Numbered from the whole stretch's first letter, positions 11,746-24,100 are shown. The stretch is 62,693 nt of DNA, filler included, from Catajapyx aquilonaris (GCA_000934665.2; 3 parts of 3 records of this genome joined end to end with filler, not necessarily neighbours in it), one strand, 5' to 3'. The notes: generated by a model not told the origin, from the sequence alone. Program-made: numbers and translations.

Positions 11746-12397
11746 AATTTCAGTTCTTTTTTGACAGTATACACGTAACTTATGCTCTACAGTGTCTACA
11801 CTATACAGTCTGCACTATGAATGCATTGGAGACGATTTTCGTCGCTTAGAAGTCCCTAAAATTATTTTCACAGATATAGTCGTAAAAAAACTAAAGTCGA
11901 GTGCTACCAGCCAACGGTTAGTCTGATTTAATTATTATCAAATAGCCTATACGCTAAAATATACGGAATATATACATTGAGAACTGTACCAGACAAATTT
12001 TCTGAAATCGTGGTACTTTGCAAGAATTCAATCAATACTTATCTGCGGCTTGCCTCCGTCACATCTGAAAACTCCCAGCCGTACTTAATTTTCGTGAAAT
12101 GCGACGATTTCAGCAAATCAGTTCGTCTGGCACGTTACAATAAAATACGCAAGTACATGTCTGCAAATCCTGCGTAACGAACGGACAGTATGTCTGTGTT
12201 TGCATGGAAATGCCCAGGGCATGTATCTTTTCCAATTCCTTGACCCGCGGAAACCAAAACTAGACAACTGTCACCAATGTCACTTACAACATTATTCGGG
12301 CCAACCCTTCAATTATCTACATTGAGAACCGTACCAGACGAATTTACTGAAATCGTGAAACTTTCCAAGAATCAAATCAATACTATGTGTGGCTTGC

Positions 12398-12677
12398 ACC
12401 GAAGCAGGTTGGTGTAGTGGATATGGAGTCCGCCTGCTAATCGGGAGGTCCTGGGTTCGAGGTTCGAATCCCGGTGCCGGCAACTCTGACTGTGGTTTTC
12501 TGTGGTTTCCCACGGTTCCTCCAGGTGAATACCGGAGTTGTTTCCTAGTTAATAGGCCACAGCCGCTTCCTTCCATCCCTATCCCGTCCCAAAAAGCGAA
12601 ATAAAGTTTACAAGAGTTCCAGCCCAAAAAAACAAATCTCCCCCCTAAAAAGCCAGAACGGCTTCAATGGGGTATGA

Positions 12678-12734
<57 letters not shown>
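12398..12734 (+). mobile_element. tRNA-derived SINE with (ATT)n tail
   Basis: A-box TGGTGTAGTGG and B-box GGTTCGAATCCC. Central GGTTTTCTGTGGTTTCCC...AGGCCACAGCCGCTTCCTTCC block of a kind common in insect SINEs. (ATT)n tail and a 17-bp duplication TACTAYGTGTGGCTTGC. Confidence 0.9.
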
Positions 12735-12737
<3 letters not shown>

Positions 12738-12952
12738 TACGTGTGGCTTGCCTCCATCACATCTGAAAACTCCCAAACTTATTTAATTTTCGCGAAATGC
12801 AACGATTGCAGCAAATATTAGTCTGGCACATTTCTCAAGGTAGATATTCCGCATACTGGAACATAATTTCATAATTAAATCAGCTTAAGAGTTGACCGGT
12901 ATTACCTGGCGATGGCGATATAGCAGGGAGCGAACGAGGTTAATAGTACAGT

Positions 12953-13377
12953 CAGTTGAATCCGGATACAACAAACTTTAAGAGACTGCGGAAAAAGTAT
13001 GTTATAACCGAGGTCTGTTATAGCCGAATCGTCACGCAACGAAAACATAAATTTCTGCTTTCAATGTGGCTGTACTATGCACTACTAGACTATACATACC
13101 GATTAATGAAATCTGTCACAAATGCAATATTGGCTCACCCGAAAATTATGCAGGACCAAATTATCCGAAATTTTCTTCTGCCGTCTCCTTTTTGCATACC
13201 TGGAAAACAATATTTTCCCACCGAGGGTCCAAGAAATGGTCAGTCATACCGGAGGTGAGGTGAAAATGAGTCTGTTACATCAGGAGTGCAAATACACAGT
13301 GCCTAATGGAAGCATGCCGGGACGGCCTTTATAACCAAGTCTGTTATAGCCGAGGCTGTTATATCCGGATTCAACTG
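12953..13377. mobile_element. pogo/Tigger-like MITE
   Basis: TIR CAGTTGAATCCGGATAYAAC, TA after the right end, and subterminal GTTATARCC repeats. Confidence 0.7.
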
Positions 13378-13903
13378 TAAATCTGTAATAAGTGCAATGC
13401 GTTCACACCAGCGGCAGGGGATTTCGCTAATAACAATATGGCTAGTGGGTACACAAGAATTGACGTTTCTAGGTGATGGCGCCATGAACAAATGAATTAA
13501 TGACAGAAAAAATATGAGGTAAAAAAATCACAGATCCAATCCTGTAGCAGAGGGAACTGTGAGATTTTGAACATAGATCCGCACCATCCCACTGCGCATT
13601 CGGCCCATTGAAGAAGAAACCGAATTCCGAATAGTTATTGAGCAAAAAAATATATACGGTTTTTTTGGTGGTTTTAAATTTTTTGCGGCGTTTTGAAGAG
13701 GAATTAAGTAAAAGTGTAAATGGTAGGAATGCACTTCACAACGGTGGGCATCTGTGTTCAAAATTTGGAAGCTCTACCTACAGCAGAACTTGAGTTAGGG
13801 CGAATAAAAAAAGCGTAACAACAAGATGTTGAAGAAATTCATTGTTGAAATCTATGCTACGGTCTTACTAAGGGGCTATCGCCCCTTAAATACATCACTA
13901 ATT

Positions 13904-14255
13904 AAGGGGAGGCGAGGTGGCGCAACGGTAACGTTCGCGCCCACGGATGTTAAGGTCCCGGGTTCGATCCCGGCCCGGGGACACCCCCTTCATCTCGTGC
14001 AGAGTAAGGTGTCGCCTCTGACTTCGTCTCGGGTGGAATATCCACAGACTAATCCACCCAGGGGAGCTCACAAAACGACCACATGCGGACAAGGCACTGC
14101 ACTTGCACATCCCCTCCTGTCATCCCTTCCTGCCCGTGGGCCCGGGTGCTATACAAATAGGAACCAGTTGTAGTTGATGTTTAATAATAAAGGTCCGGCT
14201 AAACCCCGATAGGGGTACGCCTACACCCAATTATTTAAAAAAATATTATTATTAT
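13904..14255 (+). mobile_element. tRNA-derived SINE (second family)
   Basis: A-box TGGCGCAACGG and B-box GGTTCGATCCC, A/ATT-rich tail, and a 13-bp duplication TACATCACTAATT (13891-13903, 14256-14268). Confidence 0.88.
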
Positions 14256-14413
14256 TACATCACTAATTGTCAGGGTCCTAATTCTTGGTCATGTGTCTGA
14301 GCAAGTGACGAATGAATGTAAAAAAAATAAAGTTACATTTTAGAGAAAAACTAATTCCATATGCGCATTCTCCTGGTGTTTCTCTTTCTTTTAATATAAT
14401 AATAAGACTAAGA

Positions 14414-14546
14414 GTGATACCAGTCTTTCCTCTCTTCTTTTTCCTCTTCGTTTCTCTCTCCATCTGTCCCACCTTTGCTTCTTCTTACAGCCAGATAGCC
14501 ATAGTTGCTATGGCTTCTTCCGAATAAACCAAACCAAACAAAACCA
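14414..14546 (+). repeat. 3' end fragment of a non-LTR retroelement with (CCAAA)n tail
   Basis: Homologous to 17164-17302; ends in AATAAA followed by CCAAA repeats. Confidence 0.65.
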
Positions 14547-14862
14547 TAATTTTATCCAATAGTGCCCCTAGACCCTACCCAACATGATGGAATAAGGGGA
14601 AACAGGGAGGTAGACACCTCCAGAAGTGGGCAGGTAGGTGAATATGTGACAATCATGAAGGAATTTCAGGTGGGAAAGTCATCTGTTCTTAACGAAATTC
14701 TTTGCTTGGCAGGCAGGTTCGGTAATTCCGGAGTAAATGCGTCTTTCACGCAAATGACGACAGAGGCTAGGCGGGGGGGTCATAAAAACTTGAAAAACTG
14801 CTGAGGCAGTAGGAAACAATGCTGGGAAACACCCTGCACCACGAAAGTGCGGCAAACAACAA

Positions 14863-15144
14863 TAGAGTCCCTACAATTATTAGGTGGCCCATAACTGTCC
14901 CAAAGACGGCCCATAACTGTGAAGAGTGGCCCATAACTGGACTTTTGCGACTTTTTTGGAACTTTTCATTACCAAAAATGACAGTGAGAGAGAATTTAAA
15001 AATTGCAGTTGCTCCTTAAAAGAGAACATTCTGACGATTCAGAAAAAATATATAATCAAACTGCAGATGTAATTACTGTGGGTCATGTGACGATGTGAAC
15101 TTGGAAAATTTCTTAAGTGGCCCATAACTGTATGGTTTACCCTA
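14863..15144. repeat. Degenerate DNA-transposon relic with four GGCCCATAACTG direct repeats
   Basis: The motif occurs three times within about 14885-14940 and once at about 15119-15130, followed by a ...TTTACCCTA end. Left end degenerate. Confidence 0.5.
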
Positions 15145-15913
15145 TCTCAAAACTCTGCCTGACAGAAACCTTCTGAGCAGAGAATCGGATTCAGCGCGAA
15201 ATTTACAATACGATTCACTATTCACATTTTCAGGAAAAAGAAAAAGTATTTTTTTGTAGAATTTTGAAATTTTCAGTAATTTTCTGCCCTTTGTTTCGGG
15301 CCTTATCTCGTAAACGGTGCAAGATATCGCAGAAATAACGAAGTTTTGACCCAAAGGCCCACATTTTCCTGTGTTTAGGTTGAGGAAGTTAGTGTACCTG
15401 CATCGGAAGTGATGTCAGGTCACCTAAGATACGCCCCTCGCGGACCCTATTACAGATGACTCACGTGACCTATATTTTTCACATGTCATAAGGATCACCC
15501 AACACAACTTTTTAAAACTATTGCATTACAACTTTCAAAAAAAGTGTTTTTTCGACCACCCCTAGTGTGCACCGGTACTCATCATGTAAACACCCATGTT
15601 CCCATTTCAGAATAATTTTTATGGCAGTCCTAGTGCACACATGCTCCTTGCACTACATCTATGACTTACACACATGCTCTCAGGGACACAATTGAAACTC
15701 TTGTGCTCCGCAAGCATGACCTTTCAACACCCTTCAAGCTCATAGGCTTTCCAGCTTCAGTAGTGGACAGAAGCAGTATCATAATTAATTGAAGACAACC
15801 CTTGCATAAACAGACAAAAAGACATTCTTCATACATCAATAGCATGAGATAGTGTCATGTTATATAGAATATAAAGTCACACATGAATCGATATCTAGAC
15901 TCCATATTACCTT

Positions 15914-16354
15914 TCATAATAAAGTTCACGCCTTCTGGTTGAAGGAAAAGAGAAACAGTTCAAATTGTGCTATTTTAATCCTGCAGAGTCAATATTTTTC
16001 CCTTCGATGTATGACCTGTCAGACACCATCATTGTAAAAGTCGACCCTCTGTGCTTGAAGGATGTTTTCAACCCCTGTTGTCATGGTGTAGGGCCCTTGC
16101 GCTTCTCCCATGACCCCAAAGACCTATCTGCAAGCCTGTCTGGCTTGTNCCCCCCCCCCGACCACGGCAATAGAGATTGAAACCATTTTTCAAGCACATA
16201 GTGTCAACTTCTACAATGATGGTGTCTGTCATCACTGGGGAAAATGTGTGGCTCTGCAGGATCAAAATAGAGAGAAGGACTAACACTTCTGCAATTTGAA
16301 CCGTTTTTCTCTCTTCCTCAACCCAAAGGCACGAACTTTTATGAACACCTCTCG
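15914..16354. mobile_element. Mariner-like palindromic MITE immediately 3' of the huntingtin stop codon
   Basis: About 15914-16087 is an imperfect reverse complement of about 16162-16345. The right end ...CACCTCTCG|TA resembles TA|CGAGGG mariner termini. Confidence 0.7.
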
Positions 16355-16399
16355 TATGTACTGCAAATCTTGCCCAGGAGGTTGATCTAATTCACCTGA

Positions 16400-16759
16400 C
16401 TAACAGGACTGCAAACAAATATGAAGATCAGCAAAGGGGCTGGAAGGCTGTTCCTCTGCTGCATCCTTGAATGTTCCCAAGAATGTCATTTTCTGATTTT
16501 CCACCTGCAACTGCCTGTAGAAATCAATGGCAGCCAAACAAAACAGCCTGCGGTCCTCTTCCTCCATTCGCCCAACTCTGCACTGGACATGTGGGAATGA
16601 GGCCCTCAGCCATTGGTTTGGAGAAGCAGCAATAAAGAAGCACGTGAGACTCCACACAGAAAGAGCCACTGGAGAGCGGCGGGTGAAGTTGCTCAGAGAG
16701 AGAACTACCCAGTCCTGGAGGAGGGAGTGCTGTGACTGGCCACAGGCCTCCTCAAACAC
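16400..16759 (-). CDS. HTT: Huntingtin, terminal coding exon (119 aa + stop)
   Basis: Acceptor tttccattccatcctgcag, phase 0. The translation QDWVVLSLSNFTRRSPVALSVWSLTCFFIAAS...FPHVQCRVGRME...LFCLAAIDFYRQ matches my recollection of the huntingtin C-terminus ([31 protein letters not shown]...LFCLVATDFYRH). No upstream exons were identified in the contig. Confidence 0.95.
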   Translation of the reverse strand: MFEEACGQSQHSLLQDWVVLSLSNFTRRSPVALSVWSLTCFFIAASPNQWLRASFPHVQCRVGRMEEEDRRLFCLAAIDFYRQLQVENQKMTFLGTFKDAAEEQPSSPFADLHICLQSC

Positions 16760-17163
16760 CTGCAGGATGGAATGGAAAGGTATCAGTATCCTGTATAATA
16801 TGGCTGTTGACATAATGGCAAAACCACAAGCTTTCAAATGCTATTGAAGAATCCCTTAGCAGTGGTTCCTTTTAAAATATGTCAAGACAGTTTGCACCCT
16901 TACTTAGATCCTTGGAAAAATAATTTCTAACCTGTTGCGCCAATATTAATGTGCTCTAATACTGGTATGTATAGTACAGTACATTGCGTTGGCATGGATC
17001 GCCACTGGGGCTCTGTAGTAGTATCTTTGAAATTATGGTGAGAGTTGGAAAGCAAGCAAAGTTGCTGTTTCCTTGTATACAACACTCCCGAAACTGTTAT
17101 ATCTTGATCATTATTCCTACGATTTTGTATTGCACATTAAATATTGGCACATTAATATTGGCG

Positions 17164-17302
17164 GTGATACCTTGAAGTCTTTCTCTTTTTACTCTTAGTT
17201 TCTCTCTCCATCTGTCCCACCTTTGCGTCTTCTTATAACCAGATAGCCATAGTTGCATTGGCTTCTTCCTAATAAATCAAACCAAACCAAACCAAACCAA
17301 AA
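17164..17302 (+). repeat. 3' end fragment of a non-LTR retroelement with (CCAAA)n tail, copy 2
   Basis: Homologous to 14414-14546; lies in the last huntingtin intron. Confidence 0.65.
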
Positions 17303-18832
17303 TTTAATTCATTTTTGAGACGCGAAAAAATTTAGCCCAGGTAGATCAGCCTCTGCAGTCATACTTTATTTCCAAAACCTTCACAACATCGCGAATCCCC
17401 AATGGTAGAACTGAATCAGCTGTTATGAAAAGGGCTTAAGTTCACTGCCATGTTCCTTTTTGAGTTTCATCGCGTGAACTGAATGAAAACAGCATCAGCC
17501 AAATGTTTCTGCATATGATAAATTTTTACTAAAATATTAATATCCAAAGGAAAGATGGGAATGATTTGGACCATTTTGTGTTTTTCCCAGAAGTTGGTTC
17601 ATGGCACTTCAGCTCTTTTTACTCTCCTAACAGCCCCATAACCCATAAATCGAAACACTTCCACTACTATTACTGCGAACAACTACTCAGGTCACAACTG
17701 AGCAAGGTTCAATAAGGAGCTCCATACACTGATCGGAATAAGTGCGCATTTGTTCTGCATCTCGGAGGCATGTCTACTTTGCAGTTCCACCGTCCTGCAC
17801 ATATTGACCCTATAATTATGGAAGTAATTTACTCAGTTCCAGTCTGACTCCCCGATATTTCCACATGGGTTCTATTTATCCTTAGCTCCTTGGTCCAACA
17901 TTGCTATTATGAATCAGGATCACCAGGATTATGGTTCTCACAAAGTAGAGGCCGGATGCCATTGCATGATGTTTGTTTGCGTACCTCAGTTTGAAAACCA
18001 CTGCTCTTACAGGATCATTTTCGACATGCTCTTGAATAATTTCTTGTAGGGTAGTTTTGTAACATCATAATAATCGGCAGTGCAAGTCAGTTTTTTTTCA
18101 TTTTTTTTTCTAATGAGAGTATGACTTGTAAAAAAATCAGCATTGATCAAATATGACTTATATTTTTCAACCTTCAAGTAGATGATTGCAATATGCAGAA
18201 TTTTTTTAAATGCTTTATAAAAATGAAACTGATGATCCTTATTAATAAAGCACAAAGTTTGTACATATGCTTGTCCCACCTCCCTAACCCACTTCCACAC
18301 CTGGGTCAATAGTGAAAAAAAGGTGAAATTTCATTTCCCCAAAAAATAAAATTTAAAAATGTCCTTTAAAAAATATTTTTTTAAAAAATAAAAATAGTTA
18401 GTACCTCTGGTGTTCCCACAAAAATTACAGCCGAGTTCATAAACTTATATTTCACCTTTTTTTATAAATTATAAAAATGCTGTATCTACAGCTGTATACA
18501 CACAGTTAAAGGGACACTCCACTCAAAAGACAAGTTGGCCTTTAAAAATCGGGCTAAAAATCCTGATTCCGAGGGTATAAGCAGTTTTTCTCAGAGACGA
18601 ACGGTAAGGCCCGGGCGAGAGGTCAGATTTGTAAAATAATTAGTCTCCCACGCAGTGAGTGGTGGGAACAAATCCCTCCAGCGACCAGACTGGGAACCAC
18701 GCGGACGGACGGGACTGTTCCGGCACCGAATATCATGGAAAAAAGAGAGTGCGCGACCAGGACCTCTATACTCTGGTAGAAGCCCGCTCGCATGCTACCA
18801 GAGAGATTGCGCGCGGTGACGTAGCGCTCCTG

Positions 18833-19768
18833 GGGGAGGATTCACAAAAGAGCGCAAAGGGATACACCAGCGTAAGTTTAGTTCATTTTTCGCCACCGGG
18901 GGAGTGGCGCTGTGAGTTGGATTCACAAAGCAGCGCAACTACTTACCACCGGGCGGATCTCTGCGCCTGGTCGGGGGGTACGTGTAAGTGGGAGAAGTGA
19001 CATGGCTCCTATTTGGACCGGAGCTAGAAGTCGAAGATAGACCTCACCCAGCCTTTCCCCAGATAATCCGGGATCGCATGTGGACCCCCCGTTACATGCC
19101 GGCCATGGGTAGGCCTACTCACGGCGTACAATCCGGCCGACGCGACAACACTTGCTGCCGGCAGACGACGAGGGGTAAATCACTCGTCAAGTCCGTTGTA
19201 CACTCAACTTCCGAGTGATTTACACCTCGGCACAGACAAAGCAACAGTTTCGGCCACCTTTGCCTGACTGCCCACTGCCAATAGGTTATTTGGTTAGCTC
19301 GGGTAAGGAGTGGGAATAGTGGAATGTGTTCAAGTCCGGCTTGCCGCTAGACAATCCGGCGGCAGCCTTGAGCGGGGGTCTAGCCCCAACCCTCAATAAA
19401 CTAGTTGGTATCCCTTTTTCATTTCAGCCGAGTGCTACAATATATTTTCAGGTATTCCACCAAAGATGATAACTCTTTCCAAGCTCTTTTGCCTCTTTCC
19501 CACCTTCCCTTAGTATCTTTGCCTTCCGCTAGGTTGGCGCTAGGGTGGGTTCTGGCTGGGTTCGGGTGGCCGTCTAACAACGCAGCCAATAGCGAGCCCC
19601 GTTACATGACACGTGACTTTTACCCTTGTGCCCCCCTTACACCGAGTGCTGCGCCGCTTTGTGAATCACTTTACACCTCTCCCTACAACCGGTTGTAAGG
19701 GGAGCGTAAAGATATGTGTGTAAATCACTTGCGCGCTCGAAAGTTACGCTCTTTTGTGAATCCTCCCC
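18833..19768. mobile_element. PIF/Harbinger-like MITE
   Basis: TIR GGGGAGGATTCACAAAAGAGCG, 3-bp CTG duplication, and internal repeats of GATTCACAAAG. Confidence 0.8.
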
Positions 19769-19884
19769 CTGTGAGCCGTGTGAGTATTGCTTGAGTGGTC
19801 TTGGTTCCCTGTCAAGCTAGTCGGGGTTTACTGTGAAAACCGACAGAAAACTTGTTCGATTTTTCTTTTCCTTCTCACTCTACA

Positions 19885-20681
19885 TCTAATATATATAAAG
19901 CCCCAGTCCGAGGATATAGGAGGAGGAGGAGGAGGATATAGGATGGAAAAGATCTCCCACTTCCCGAGGTCGTACAGACCTCGACTTACACCGTTGTATT
20001 CCTTGCACCCGATTTCCTATTTTCAAAAATCCTCAAAACCGCGAATTTCCCAGCCGTTTTCGAGATCGCCAAATTAAATGTAGACGCAAACCCGAGATCG
20101 CGAAATTAATGTATCCGCCAACTCCCCCGGTTCCCCGGGCGGCCAACAGACGAGCACCACTATCGCATTGCCTCCACCACCCACAATAACCTCCCGCTTC
20201 CCCCGGCGGCCCCCCCGCCCCTCGAATCCTCCTCCCCTACTCAACGCCTCCACTACGTCATCTGTTATTGCGTCATGTTGCCTTTTACTCGCACCATTTG
20301 TGGTGACGTCACGGGTGTCCTGTGAACATAGATGCCACATTGCCACCTCGCTCCGACCAATTTTTGCGGAGTGTCGGAGGAAGTGTGTGGCGGCCGGCTG
20401 CACTTGCACTGTAGTTTGTGGGGCGCACTCATTGTTGTTGGTTGATTGGCTGGTTGGTAGGTTGGTTGATTGTTGCAGGTGTGGTATTTGTCATGTTTCA
20501 TTGGTCACTCGTCCGTTGACGACGAACTCCAGGTTATTATTTCCAGCTCTCTAGCGGTACTGGGTAAGTGGGTAGGCCCGGGCGGGAACGCGTAGCGCCG
20601 AAGTCGCGCCTATTGGGGCGCAGCCCCAAGGGGGGGTGTGGGGGGGCGGAGCCCCCCCGCCACGCAAAGCGAGTCTTCTAA
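19885..20681 (+). mobile_element. Non-autonomous Helitron-like element
   Basis: Starts A|TCTAATATATATAAAG. Ends with a GC-rich hairpin (GGGGGGCGGAGCCCCCC) shortly before CTAA (fits CTRR). No TIR or target duplication. Followed directly by further copies of its own 5' end. Confidence 0.75.
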
Positions 20682-20698
20682 TATATATAAAGCCCCAA

Positions 20699-20851
20699 TC
20701 TAATATATATAAAGCCCCAGTCCGAGGATATAGGAGGATATAGGAGGATATAGGAGGATATAGGATGGAAAAGATTTCGCACTTCCCGAGGTCGTACAGC
20801 TGTGGTCGAAATTCCGTTGGATTCCTTGCGGTCGACATACATTGTCCAAAA
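20699..20851 (+). mobile_element. Second tandem Helitron-like copy, 5' part, truncated by contig end
   Basis: Repeats 19885-19975 (TCTAATATATATAAAGCCCCAGTCCGAGGATATAGG...CACTTCCCGAGGTCGTACAG) with a different GGAGGATATA repeat count. Confidence 0.75.
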
Positions 20852-20951
20852 NNNNNNNNNNNNNNNNNNNNNNNNNNNNNNNNNNNNNNNNNNNNTTAAT
20901 TAATTAANNNNNNNNNNNNNNNNNNNNNNNNNNNNNNNNNNNNNNNNNNNN
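20852..20951. other. Artificial contig spacer
   Basis: 44 N + TTAATTAATTAA (stops in all six frames) + 44 N. Confidence 0.97.
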
Positions 20952-21148
20952 GGGAAAGGGACAAGTGCAGGGCCCATCTACCACTATACACTATATGCGC
21001 GGCTAAATTCGGAAGCATTGTCGCTCATATCTCGGAAACGGCTGAACATTGCCATTTAGGACTTTCACCACTGTGTTTATGCCACGTGATTGACCCATCG
21101 TGCAAATTTCAGCCAAATCGGAGGCGACCACCCTTGGTCATTCCCTTG
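20952..21148. mobile_element. One arm of the CAAG...CTTG/TAA transposon family
   Basis: Homologous to about 9930-10093; ends CCCTTGGTCATTCCCTTG|TAA. Confidence 0.8.
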
Positions 21149-24100
21149 TAAGATATGCGATGCTAGCCCTTATGTGGGTGTAGGTCCGTATCTCCGACCC
21201 ATAATCTGCAATGCCTTTTAAGACCTGTATAGCGACGATGCAGCTCAGCTGGGGTTCGTCCTTGCAGACGTTAAGCCTCAATAAAATAGGAGGAGATGAG
21301 GAATCGAATGTTTTATAGCAATGTTGAGAATAATAATGGGGGCCGTAAAGATGAGAGTGGATCCGAGTTCATTTGTAAACTGTCAATTCATAATGGTAAT
21401 GGTGCTGCTTTATGTTATTTATTTAAGACCATAACGGATGTTAGGTCGCCACGCTACTCCGAGTGCCATATGATAACTACGTACAAGAAGTGCCAGCGAA
21501 TCTTTAAGCTGATGAAAGTGGCCATTTCCCTAGTGGCATTCAACAACGCTGAAATGCAAATATTTGCCCTTTTTTTAAAAAACCATGGCTTGTCTGCACC
21601 ATGTTGCGCAATGTATACTGACGCAATACTGCCTGACCCAGAAGGCTTCACTCATATACCAAGCACACAACACACGCAGTAGTTATATATCTAGCTTCAG
21701 GCAATAATTACGGCAACGACACTGTACAGCTGTACAACTGCGCCAAACAGCATATGAGCAATGCTACCAAATTGCTCTGGATTATAAACGCTTGTCGCGA
21801 ATGCAGTGCTGCGAGGAAAGCATGTTAATAATAAATACTGGTTATTGTAGCTGATATATTCACATCACTCTTGCCAGTAATGAACCATGATGTTACAAGG
21901 TGTTCAAGAGCAACAGGAGACCACAGTTAATGCCAATTTACAAATGCGCATTAAGAAATTACGACACAAATCATTATATATCGCAATTCGTCAAGAACGC
22001 AATAACCTACATGGTACATTTACCTACCGTCAAAGTTGTTAGTTGCATAATTATAAGGGAATCAATTTCACATTTCATATTTACTGGCAGCGAAGGTAAT
22101 TACCGCCCTCATCGCCGCTCATTTCTCCTCCCATCAGCGCGTGGGACCAATAAGCTCACGTTTTTCATTACATTCGAGGGATTCAAGCTTACGGAGAGAA
22201 TATTGGATTTTCGGTGAGAAATTCAAGACAATGCCACCGGGAAGGGAAATGTATCGCGTACACAAAAGATCGATCGCGCAACAAATTCTTGAACCACCAA
22301 CCACGGCGGCATCGGTGCACTTTCATCCCTGCATGTGAACACATGCTCTCTTCTCAGCTTTTGATCACCGCGAATCCCTGTATACCACAACAAGGAAACA
22401 AAGGAACCCACCCAGTTAAAATATCAGAAAACGGAAGAGAGCAAAATAGTTTAAGCTACTATAGTTTTAATGGCTAGTTTCATTGTTGGCACTGCGAGTT
22501 ACGATTCTGCTGATAAGCATCACATGTCCTCCAACACACACACACCTTTGCCATTCGAATTATTTCTCCACTTTCTCTGTAGGTTTTTATGTCTGTTTTG
22601 TTATTGTAGTCGCGAGTCGAGACAGCAGAAGGTTTTACGACAAGCGTAGTTTTGGCGGTTTTATCGGCGTGCCAGGCAACGCTTTGACGGTTCAAAAACG
22701 CGAGTGTTTTTTGAACGTGTCAGATGTAATGTCCGATGCAATCGATGATGGACAGTGCATGCATGTGACACAAGATTGTCGGCACGGAAATGTAATGGAC
22801 ATATTGTGTTGGAAGGGGAGGGGAGGTCAAGGTCTGGGTGAAAGGTAAATGCGTAGGGTTATAAAAGGGTAAAAGGCCTCAGCAATAGATAACCAAAATA
22901 ATTATGTGATTATATCCACAATCAATCCTCTGCCAGCAAAATATTATGTTTGTAAACAACATTGTCATATGCCGACCCTTCTTACAACTCACGTAAAATA
23001 CCTACTTACTACTGTAAGTGGCCATCTGCTCCACCCTGAAGATGTTTCTTCATAAAAACAGAAAAGAAGCTGCACGTCATTCTGAGTCTGCACGTCACTT
23101 CCGCCAGCCTCTAATTTTATTTTCCACTTAATTACCCACGCACTGCGTGATGTGCCATCTCCCAAGTTGTTTCTTTAGCTTTTAATGTCTAATCACGACG
23201 CCACTTTGCCCGCAAACTTGACTATAACAAGATGTGCCTGCAGAAGATCTCCTCCCCACCATATCCTCCTTCCCCAGCCCAGCAACAAAGTAGCTTTTGA
23301 TGAGAGTGAAACTGTTCATTGATTTACTTGACCATAATACAGAAAGGTGCCCTTCGTTAAGTTCGGTGCACGGTTAAGATTTGTAATTTCATTAATGACT
23401 ACGTCGTGTGTCAAGGCGCCTTCTGGTATTACCCACGTCGTAAAATCGATTCCCTATACCACAGATAGTGCCTGCCCTTCTAAAGATGTCGGATTGAGCA
23501 ATAGATTTCATTTCACAGACTGCCCATTTCACCACAGGGTAGTAATTTAGACCCGGAACAATGGCCGTGGGCGAGCGTAACTGTGACACACTCACACACA
23601 TGTCCAATAGCAATGCAGAAAGGTGCGCGAAACCTTGTTACTTTAGAAGCGTGACGAGCATTTTCATTATTGACGCATGGTGGGTGTTGATGAACCAGTA
23701 TCAATTCCTAAAAGCCATGGCGTCTCCTTCCATAATGCGTATCGGCTCTGAAGAAGTCGAAGTGAACAACCTCTTTTCTCACTTTCTTCCCCTACATATA
23801 GAACTGCGAAGTAAGAGACTGCGTCGTACAATCGCGCATTGTATAGCTGCATAGCGACACTGCTACTGTGCCAAGGGAGGATTGTTTGGCGCCGGAAGAA
23901 TTCCCCAGAGTTGTTGTCAAGTCATTAGTGCCTGTGTTCCGCTAATAAATGTGTGGTTGTTCCTTCCAAGATGAAGATGGTCTAACAGAAACATAGCTCT
24001 ATAGTTGCCGAGAGTGCAACTTTGCCGGAGAGACGGAGTTAAACAAAGGCATGCTGAGTCCTATGATGTAGAGCAGGAATGTGCAGTATTTTAGAGGGGG

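Larger units (their letters stand above)
10829..15564. mobile_element. hAT-superfamily non-autonomous transposon with multiple nested insertions
   Basis: Exact 8-bp duplication GTGTGCAC (10821-10828, 15565-15572). TAGGG...CCCTA termini and ~110-bp TIRs. No transposase ORF seen. Confidence 0.88.
18510..20851. mobile_element. Kolobok/T2-like element, one end only; probably runs into the contig end and hosts nested elements
   Basis: TTAA|AGGGACACTCCACTCAAAAGACAAGTTGGCC, the same TIR family as at 2388 and 42379. The second end is not seen, so the right boundary is only the contig end. Confidence 0.7.

Noticed and set aside
12398..14000. tRNA-like sequences near 12400 and 13910 (also near 52215)
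   Set aside because: No complete cloverleaf; they continue into unrelated bodies with tails and target duplications, so they are SINE heads.
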